Below the pieces are notes generated by a model that saw only the letters and a program-made list of their open reading frames with translations, did no database searches and had not been told where the DNA came from. DNA of 64,000 nt from Oscillospiraceae bacterium (GTDB taxonomy: Bacteria > Bacillota > Clostridia > Oscillospirales > Oscillospiraceae), in contig SVLJ01000015.1 in assembly GCA_015067995.1 (NCBI GenBank), positions 511 through 64,510 of the forward strand. Direction: 5' to 3'. The position numbers and the translations under genes are program-made. Shown here in pieces: positions 57,691 through 64,000 of the stretch. Position 1 is the stretch's first letter. The number at the start of each line of letters is the position of its first letter.

Positions 57691-59693
57691 TGGAACAGAA
57701 TATGACCGCCTACCAGCGCGTACATCACTTGACCACGGTGTTGAACCGGTATCGCCATGAGTATTATAACCTCAATGCCCCCACAGTCGAAGACCAGGTG
57801 TATGACCGCCTGTTCGATGAATTGGCCGCATTGGAAAAAGAGACCGGTATCCGGATGGGCAACTCTCCCACCCAGACGGTTGGCTATCCTGCCGTGAGCA
57901 AGTTGAAGAAAACGACGCACACCATCCCGCTTCTTTCCCTTGATAAGACGAAGAGCAGCGAGGAACTGCTGGCCTTCATGGGCGAGCAGGGCGTGCTGCT
58001 GATGCTCAAGTTGGACGGCTTGACCATCAAGCTGACCTACGAAAACGGTGTCCTGCAGGAGGCCTCCACCCGTGGCGATGGTGATGAGGGTGAAATCGTC
58101 ACCCACAATGTGACCGGAATCACTGGCATCCCGTCCCACATTCCCTTTAAGGGGCGTCTGGTGGTGACTGGCGAGGCATTCATTCGTCCCAGCGACTTTG
58201 CCGTATTGCAGGCAACGCTGGTAGACAGCAATGGCAAGCCGTATAAGAATGGCCGCAATCTGGCGGCCGGCTCTGTCCGCCTGCTGGATGCCAAAGTCTG
58301 CAAAGAGCGCAGGATCAACTTCATGGCGTTCAGCGTTCTGGAGGGTTTTGATAATCTTGCCCTCAAGAGTGAACGCCTTATGCAGTTGTGGAGCCTCGGC
58401 TTTACCGTCTGCCACTACCTCAAAAGCAATCGTAAGATGAAGCTGGAGGAGTTGGATATGGGAATCAAGATGCTGCAGGACTACGCAAAGAAATATGATG
58501 TACCCATTGACGGTATCGTAATGAGCTACAATGATGTGGCCTACTCCAAGAGCTGCGGCCGCACGGAACATCACTACAAGGATGGCCTTGCGTTCAAGTT
58601 TGAAGATGACCTCTTTAAGACCAAGCTGCAGACCATTGAATGGACACCCACACGCACCGGTGAAATCTCTCCCGTTGCCATCTTTGATACGGTGGAGATT
58701 GACGGCTGCTCGGTGTCCCGGGCGAGCCTTCATAATCTGTCTTTCATCGAGGCGCTGGAGCTGAGACCCGGCAATCGGATCATCGTCTCCAAGCGGAATA
58801 TGATTATCCCCCATGTAGAGGAAAACCTTGACCGCGGAGCTTTTGATTTGCAGAGCGTGATCCCGGCCAAGTGTCCCTGCTGTGGTGAGCCGACCCGTAT
58901 CCATATCAACGGTGAAACAAACGGTACCAAGACGCTGTTCTGCGATAATCCCGCCTGCGAGACTCGCCGACTGCGCCAGTTCGTACACTTCGTTGGTGAA
59001 AAGGCCATGAACATTGAGGGCCTGTCTGAAGGAACGCTGGAGAAGCTCATTGGCCGTGGGTTCCTCCACAGCTTTATGGACATCTACCAGCTGGACCGAT
59101 ATAAGGACGAGGTCATTAAGATGGACGGCTATGGTGAGCGATCCTGGCAGCGCCTTTGGGACGCGATCCAGCGCAGTCGGGATACCACCTTCGAGCGGTA
59201 CATGATTGCCATGGACATCCCAATGGTGGGCAATACTGCAAGCCGCACACTGAGCCGGCAGTTCAATGCCAGTCTGGAAGCATTTGAGGACGCCATTTTC
59301 CAGCAGTTTGATTTCACGCAGCTGCCGGACTTTGGAGAAACGCTTCATAAGAACATCCATGCATGGTTCCAGAGCGAGGAAAACTGGTACACCTGGGCGG
59401 AGCTTCGCAACTTCGTGACGATTGCGCCGCCTGTAGCACCGGTACCGATTGCTGTTCCCGGCAACCCCTTTATGGGCAAGACCGTCGTGGTCACCGGAAA
59501 GGTGGAGCCGTACAGCAGAACCGGTATCAATGCCAAAATTGAGGCTCTGGGTGCCCGTGCAGGCAGTTCCGTGAGCAGCAAGACCGATTATCTGATCTGT
59601 GGAGAGAACGCGGGAAGCAAGCTGGAAAAGGCTCAGTCTCTGGGCATTACCGTGCTGACTCCTGCGGAGTTCTTCCGAATGATCGGCGAATAA
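57690..59693 (+). CDS. ligA: NAD-dependent DNA ligase (element-encoded paralogue)
   Basis: Domain Ia is YRHEYYNLNAPTVEDQVYDRLFDEL. The adenylation lysine lies in KLDGLT. OB fold and a C4 zinc finger (CPCCGEPT...CDNPAC) follow, then HhH repeats and a BRCT domain (KTVVVTGKV...SSKTDYLICGENAGSKLEKAQSLGI). Confidence 0.92.
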   Translation: MEQNMTAYQRVHHLTTVLNRYRHEYYNLNAPTVEDQVYDRLFDELAALEKETGIRMGNSPTQTVGYPAVSKLKKTTHTIPLLSLDKTKSSEELLAFMGEQGVLLMLKLDGLTIKLTYENGVLQEASTRGDGDEGEIVTHNVTGITGIPSHIPFKGRLVVTGEAFIRPSDFAVLQATLVDSNGKPYKNGRNLAAGSVRLLDAKVCKERRINFMAFSVLEGFDNLALKSERLMQLWSLGFTVCHYLKSNRKMKLEELDMGIKMLQDYAKKYDVPIDGIVMSYNDVAYSKSCGRTEHHYKDGLAFKFEDDLFKTKLQTIEWTPTRTGEISPVAIFDTVEIDGCSVSRASLHNLSFIEALELRPGNRIIVSKRNMIIPHVEENLDRGAFDLQSVIPAKCPCCGEPTRIHINGETNGTKTLFCDNPACETRRLRQFVHFVGEKAMNIEGLSEGTLEKLIGRGFLHSFMDIYQLDRYKDEVIKMDGYGERSWQRLWDAIQRSRDTTFERYMIAMDIPMVGNTASRTLSRQFNASLEAFEDAIFQQFDFTQLPDFGETLHKNIHAWFQSEENWYTWAELRNFVTIAPPVAPVPIAVPGNPFMGKTVVVTGKVEPYSRTGINAKIEALGARAGSSVSSKTDYLICGENAGSKLEKAQSLGITVLTPAEFFRMIGE

Positions 59694-59703
59694 CACATGA
59701 ATT

Positions 59704-59730
59704 GGGAGAGGGTCACAATGACCCTCTCCC
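59704..59730 (+). terminator. GC hairpin after ligA (no clear T-run)
   Basis: GGGAGAGGGTCA-CAA-TGACCCTCTCCC. Confidence 0.45.
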
Positions 59731-59755
59731 GCAGTTTACAGAAAGGAATTCTAAT

Positions 59756-59989
59756 ATGGCGAATATGAGTTACTGCCGCTTTACCAATACCAGAAGCGAT
59801 ATGGAAGACTGTCTGGAAGCTCTGCGTGATGAAACGCCGCTGAGCGACTTTGAAGTGCGTGCAGGCAAGGCAATGTTCAAGGATATTCTGGAAGTATGTC
59901 AGGCCTATGGCATTATTGACGCTTTTGACGGCGACGAGATCGACCGTCTGTTTGACAATTTGCTGGAGAAGGAGGATGAGGACGAATGA
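59756..59989 (+). CDS. hypothetical acidic small protein
   Basis: MANMSYCRFTNTRSDMEDCLEAL..., with GAAAGGAA RBS. Confidence 0.5.
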   Translation: MANMSYCRFTNTRSDMEDCLEALRDETPLSDFEVRAGKAMFKDILEVCQAYGIIDAFDGDEIDRLFDNLLEKEDEDE

Positions 59990-60381
59990 TCCCGACAATC
60001 ACACAGGATGCTCCCAACATTGTGCCCCGGCATTGGTGTTCCAAATGCGGCCGAAAGCTGGTACCGCATGACAACTTCTACAAGATGCTGCCAGATAATT
60101 TCTGCCCCGGGTGCGGTGAACAAATCGAATGGGACAAGGCTGTTCCGGTGAAGTGGGAGCCCATGAACTGCGATGTATGCGGTAAGCCCATGATCGTTGA
60201 TATGAACGGGCACATGGTTGCCGTTGGCTACTATGTGGGTACGACCACCTGCCGCAGCTGCATGGAAGAATACTGCTCCCAAACGAACTGTTTGGGCTGC
60301 AAGCGAGGCACCTACCCGGACTGCAAATACCAGTATTTGAAGCCCAAGCCGATGGTCGAGGAAGATGGCCATGGCGAATAA
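59986..60381 (+). CDS. cysteine-rich (multi zinc-ribbon) protein
   Basis: 131 aa with CSKCG, CPGCG, CDVCG, CRSC and CLGC pairs. Confidence 0.55.
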   Translation: MIPTITQDAPNIVPRHWCSKCGRKLVPHDNFYKMLPDNFCPGCGEQIEWDKAVPVKWEPMNCDVCGKPMIVDMNGHMVAVGYYVGTTTCRSCMEEYCSQTNCLGCKRGTYPDCKYQYLKPKPMVEEDGHGE

Positions 60382-60532
60382 GGAAGAAATGGATCCATTG
60401 TGCCGCGACTGCTGGAATGATGCCTGCAAGCGGGGTGGGAATGATTTCATGAAGAAGAAACTGCCCACATGCCGCTATATGAGCGAAAACCCGGAGATCA
60501 TGGACAATGACATTGAAGAGGAGGAACTGTAA
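60371..60532 (+). CDS. possible 53-aa Cys-rich peptide (not in ORF track)
   Basis: The ATG lies 6 nt after GAGGAAG and overlaps the previous gene's end. It reads MANKEEMDPLCRDCWNDACKRGGNDFMKKKLPTCRYMSENPEIMDNDIEEEEL. Confidence 0.35.
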   Translation: MANKEEMDPLCRDCWNDACKRGGNDFMKKKLPTCRYMSENPEIMDNDIEEEEL

Positions 60533-60673
60533 ATGAGTTATATCGGTGGTGGCCCGTATCATGCGGAGCCTTGCCCGGAGTGCGGCGCCATCCTTTGGAA
60601 TGGGCGCTGCGAAAATCCGGACTGTAAATATCATTGGACACCCAAGGAGGATGATGAAAGCAATGATGAATGA
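60533..60673 (+). CDS. possible 46-aa zinc-ribbon peptide (not in ORF track)
   Basis: The ATG directly follows the previous stop (TAAATG). It reads MSYIGGGPYHAEPCPECGAILWNGRCENPDCKYHWTPKEDDESNDE. Confidence 0.35.
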   Translation: MSYIGGGPYHAEPCPECGAILWNGRCENPDCKYHWTPKEDDESNDE

Positions 60674-61220
60674 GGCAACGAAACCGATCAAGCCCGGCTC
60701 TGAGCAGGATGATCCGGAGTATCCTTATCTCCTGTTCGTACAGGACAAAGGCTGGAAATACGCCGATGAAGGGCAGCGTCAGGCTGCCTATCTGCGGGAA
60801 ATTCAGGTGCGGCATAATAAGATTCTGAACGAGGAGGAGTTTGTGGCCGAGGCTGGCGAGAAGTATGCAGATGCAGCCAAGATGATTTACCCCAAGCTGG
60901 CCTTGTGGGCACGCTCCGGAATCATCACCACCAGAGAACTTTTCAACTATGCCCGACATCTTTGGTGCATGACGAATCCCGAAGCGCTGATCTATGTGCA
61001 GGTTGGAGCCAAGCGATGGGCAGTGAACAACTGTGATAAAGAGATCTCCGCCGAGCGGGCGCTGGAAATCGTCTGCCGAGAGTGGTGTTTTGATAAGGCA
61101 CAAGTTCATATTCAGGCGCCGGCTTACTATGAAAGCACGGACTGGAACTACATCCGTTTCCAGTGCGGCCCTCTGAGTTGGGTCATGCAGAACGGAGAGC
61201 TGGAGCAACAATATAACTGA
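60663..61220 (+). CDS. hypothetical protein
   Basis: Track ORF 60546..61220, trimmed to an ATG about 12 nt after AAGGAGG (MMNEATKPIKPGSEQDD...). The start is uncertain. Confidence 0.5.
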   Translation: MMNEATKPIKPGSEQDDPEYPYLLFVQDKGWKYADEGQRQAAYLREIQVRHNKILNEEEFVAEAGEKYADAAKMIYPKLALWARSGIITTRELFNYARHLWCMTNPEALIYVQVGAKRWAVNNCDKEISAERALEIVCREWCFDKAQVHIQAPAYYESTDWNYIRFQCGPLSWVMQNGELEQQYN

Positions 61221-61229
61221 GGACGAAAA

Positions 61230-61268
61230 AGCGGTTCACCCAACAGGGTGAACCGCTGCTTTTATTTG
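61230..61268. terminator. bidirectional terminator between convergent genes
   Basis: AGCGGTTCACCC-AACA-GGGTGAACCGCT, with an A-run upstream and GCTTTTATTT downstream. Confidence 0.8.
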
Positions 61269-61273
61269 TCCAC

Positions 61274-62302
61274 TTATTCTCGGAGCAGATTGATATATTC
61301 GAAAATCTGCTGTTTCAAATTAGCACACACTTCGTCCAATGTGGCGTCTGCCAATGGTTCAAGAGCAAAATAGCAAGTGTTCCAAACAGTATCATCCTGT
61401 TTATGTTTTGGGATTTGCAGGAAACGCTTGCGGAAATCTTCCGGCTGTTGCCAGTCCTTGTTGGAGATACCTACCCAGAACGGTGTCTCAACGGAAATAT
61501 CGCTTTTCCACAAGTTGCGATCATACAACAAAGAGACAATGAAATCATCGACAGTAAGCTTTCGTTCATATCCTGCCCGATATGCGGAGGCCTTTCCCTT
61601 GTGAGATGCCGTGACGCTGCCATCTGCGACGATCAGTTTGGCCGTTTCATCGATCACTTCATAGTAACGTTCAAATCTCTTGGCGTTTTCCGCGGTCAGC
61701 TCTGTGCTCTCAAACGGAATGAATGCATCGCTGTCCATTTGGGCGCAGTACCCTTCGAGCTGATGGATGTCCGAAAGGTATTCGATTGCAGAAGAAGATG
61801 CAACCTTATGTAAGTGATTAAGAATCTCTGCCCATGTCATAATAGACATGGCAATGCCATCCACGCGGACACAGTGTTCGTGGACTGTTTGGACTTCGCG
61901 TGTGGCACACAAGTCTTTCAGCTTCATCCACAGGCTGGTCATTCTAGCCTTTGGACAAATAAAGATGAGCCCCTGTCCCTGTTTTTCCTTCAGACGATCA
62001 AGATAGCTTAATGGTTGATTATGGGTCAAGCCGGCATAGAACTTCATCTCACATAGTACACGCTCACGGCCTACAGAATCGATACCTGCCATATCAGGAC
62101 GCTCTTGATCTTCGCCTACTGCCTGGCAGAAATACCGCAGGTCGTCGTCAAGATCAATCCCCAAACTGGTTGAAAGCAGATGCGTAAAAGCACTGTTCAA
62201 AGCATCGGACTGTGACAGTAAGTATTGCAGAGCGATGGTTGCAATATCTTCCTGAGAACCTCTAATCCTTGAATATAAATGTGCAAGCAAAGATTGCGCC
62301 AC
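61274..62302 (-). CDS. PD-(D/E)XK nuclease-like protein, orphan cargo gene
   Basis: 342 aa. Candidate motif ERPDMAGIDSVGRERVLCEMKFYAGL (D ... E-x-K). Opposite strand and AT-richer than the neighbouring block. No family name recognised. Confidence 0.5.
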   Translation of the reverse strand: MAQSLLAHLYSRIRGSQEDIATIALQYLLSQSDALNSAFTHLLSTSLGIDLDDDLRYFCQAVGEDQERPDMAGIDSVGRERVLCEMKFYAGLTHNQPLSYLDRLKEKQGQGLIFICPKARMTSLWMKLKDLCATREVQTVHEHCVRVDGIAMSIMTWAEILNHLHKVASSSAIEYLSDIHQLEGYCAQMDSDAFIPFESTELTAENAKRFERYYEVIDETAKLIVADGSVTASHKGKASAYRAGYERKLTVDDFIVSLLYDRNLWKSDISVETPFWVGISNKDWQQPEDFRKRFLQIPKHKQDDTVWNTCYFALEPLADATLDEVCANLKQQIFEYINLLRE

Positions 62303-62404
62303 AGTTAATCCCCCAATCTGAAGTACTGATTGAAAAAATTATACTTCCAAATCAGACATATGTAAAGTTTGCAATGCGTGGCGCTTTTACTCTTGGCGAT
62401 TTTA

Positions 62405-62433
62405 TTGAAGTTTAAGATGACATTTGCTAAAAT
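62405..62433 (+). promoter_or_regulatory. candidate promoter
   Basis: TTGAAG (62405-62410), 17 nt spacer, TAAAAT (62428-62433). Confidence 0.45.
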
Positions 62434-62495
62434 GTATCTAACTGGCTAATAAGGTCTGAATGCTCAGATATATGGGCGTTGAAGAAGGTGTTTTC

Positions 62496-64000
62496 ATGAA
62501 AATAAAGCAAATTGTTTCACGCATGACGCTTGCTGCGATTATGCTGGGGCTGCTGACCGGCTGCAGTGCAGACAATACACTGGGAAGTATTCCGGACAGG
62601 ACACCGGAGAATCCGATGGCGGCAACGCTCCTCTCGGCGGAGGAAGACGCCCGATTAAAAGAAGATCTGCAAAAGGATATTGATGCCATTCTCAATACAG
62701 AAACAGAGATTATTCACTCTGACACCTATATCCCCGGAGAGACTTACACTGGCAATGCCTACTATGTCTCAGCTGATGGCGATGACAATAACGACGGCCT
62801 CACCCCAGAGACTGCGTGGCAATCTGTCGCAAAGGTGGGACAGGAATCCATGGCAGGAGGTATCCTCCAATTTGGTGATGCAGTATTCTTCCGTCGCGGT
62901 GATCTGTTCCGTTCTTTTGATTATGACCCCGGCACAAACCCATTTACTTGCCGTATTGATGGCATCACCTACTCAGCCTATGGTGAAGGCGCAAAACCGA
63001 TCATCACAAGCTCTCCCGAAAATGGCGCAGGCGCAGAAAAATGGCAGCTTGTTTATGAAGGGGAAAACGGCACAAGAATCTGGCAGTTCTATCACGATCT
63101 GACCGACATTGCCTCCATCGTTTTCGATGACGATAGTGTTGCGGAGCGCGTCTACGAGTGGTGCGCCAGCGAATCCGTGGGAGAAGGCAGTGAGTATGTC
63201 TCTTGTACGCTGAACGGCTGGTGGATGCATGAGGATGTGGGGGCCGAGGTGATGGATGAACTTCTTCCGCTGGAGGAAACTCTGGTGGAGGATATGACCT
63301 TTGTTAGCCGTCCGGCCCGTTGGCCTGCAAATGAATTTATGAATTCCAGCGCGACAGGCCCTCTCTATCTCCGCTGTGACAGAGGAAACCCCGGCGAGTT
63401 GTATGATTCTGTTGAGTTTTCCGGCTTTGAGATCAGGGGTCTGATTTCCGTGGAGGCCAGTGATATCGTTTTTGATAACCTCAGCCTGCGCTACACAGGC
63501 ACATCCTTTATCAAAAATGACCCGAGCTGGAAAGCAAATAAAAATACGGTGATTCAGAACTGTGAATTTGCCTACGGCGGCGGAAGCGTGTCCTTCTATC
63601 GGATCACAGACAGCGGCGCAAAAATTGTCGAGGTCCAGGGGGACGGTATCTACTGCGTTGTCCGCAACGCGACGATTAGAAATAATTATATGCACGACAA
63701 CCTCTGTAGTTCGGTGTGTTTTGAGGACGCTGTCCCCTCTTATCCGAACCCGACCGACGATTACGGCTACTGTCATATTCTGGACAATGTTTTTGTCGAC
63801 ACTCTGGGAATGAATCTTGACTGCTCTGAGCGGGAATCCTCCGATGCCCTCAAACATTTAGATTCGCTGATTGTGCGCGGTAATCAGGCTTGGCGCACAG
63901 GCAGTACATCTGACGACCAGTTTATCTATTCCTGCGGTGCTTTGATCCTGTATTCCAATTTCTTTGATGAATGCATCATTGAGGATAATGTGTTCTACGG
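62496..64000 (+). CDS. lipoprotein with right-handed beta-helix (pectate-lyase-like) region; 3' end beyond window
   Basis: Absent from the ORF track because it is open to the window end. From the ATG at 62496 it reads MKIKQIVSRMTLAAIMLGLLTGCSADN... (lipobox LLTGC). Later come YYVSADGDDNNDGLTPETAW and repeated N-x-x-x-N/D beta-helix-like segments. Confidence 0.7.
   Translation, partial: MKIKQIVSRMTLAAIMLGLLTGCSADNTLGSIPDRTPENPMAATLLSAEEDARLKEDLQKDIDAILNTETEIIHSDTYIPGETYTGNAYYVSADGDDNNDGLTPETAWQSVAKVGQESMAGGILQFGDAVFFRRGDLFRSFDYDPGTNPFTCRIDGITYSAYGEGAKPIITSSPENGAGAEKWQLVYEGENGTRIWQFYHDLTDIASIVFDDDSVAERVYEWCASESVGEGSEYVSCTLNGWWMHEDVGAEVMDELLPLEETLVEDMTFVSRPARWPANEFMNSSATGPLYLRCDRGNPGELYDSVEFSGFEIRGLISVEASDIVFDNLSLRYTGTSFIKNDPSWKANKNTVIQNCEFAYGGGSVSFYRITDSGAKIVEVQGDGIYCVVRNATIRNNYMHDNLCSSVCFEDAVPSYPNPTDDYGYCHILDNVFVDTLGMNLDCSERESSDALKHLDSLIVRGNQAWRTGSTSDDQFIYSCGALILYSNFFDECIIEDNVFY

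Larger units (their letters stand above)
43873..64000. mobile_element. integrative (conjugative or phage-like) element bounded on the left by a large serine recombinase; right end not in window
   Basis: Composition changes abruptly at about 43870. The recombinase lies at the junction. The gene content is typical of ICEs and phages (YqaJ, RecD-like helicase, Toprim/YodL, PcfK, PcfJ). The interrupted SASP gene has not resumed by 64000. Whether 62.3-64 kb still belongs to the element is uncertain. Confidence 0.7.

Overview
This 64-kb window comes from a GC-rich, spore-forming Clostridia chromosome; it looks like Oscillospiraceae/Ruminococcaceae, judged by eye only. All family names are from memory of sequence signatures, and no searches were run.

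Positions 1-43.8 kb are mostly core genome:
- an AT-rich edge with two P-loop NTPases;
- an alanine/glycine:cation symporter, a tandem-PII protein with a duplicated DUF1538 membrane protein, and class-3 FBPase;
- a complete glycogen operon, glgB-glgC-glgD-glgA-glgP;
- azlCD, then a tandem glycine riboswitch driving a second alanine/glycine symporter;
- a small AT-rich islet beside two tRNA-Ser genes;
- an LRR surface protein and a lipoprotein followed by an OmpR/HK two-component operon;
- DUF1385-prmC-recA-recX-rimO-pgsA;
- glpK, a family-4 UDG and bioY;
- a Cys T-box leader driving cysE-cysS.

At about 43.87 kb an alpha/beta-type SASP gene is cut off, and a mobile element bounded by a large serine recombinase begins. 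The element runs to at least 62.3 kb and probably past the window end. It carries:
- a structured 0.7-kb non-coding region;
- a co-directional block: YqaJ exonuclease, RecD-like helicase, putative annealing protein, Zn-ribbon/Toprim/YodL-like primase, PcfK/AcrIIA9-like and PcfJ-like proteins, a full-length NAD-dependent ligase and many tiny Cys-rich ORFs;
- an oppositely oriented PD-(D/E)XK nuclease-like cargo gene.

The most interesting signals are:
- the split sporulation gene;
- the structured leader or ssDNA-like region upstream of the DNA-processing block;
- a GGTTA-N8-TAACC palindrome present three times across the chromosome/element junction;
- two arrays of 9-bp direct repeats with 20-21-bp phasing that flank an orphan gene next to the tRNAs.
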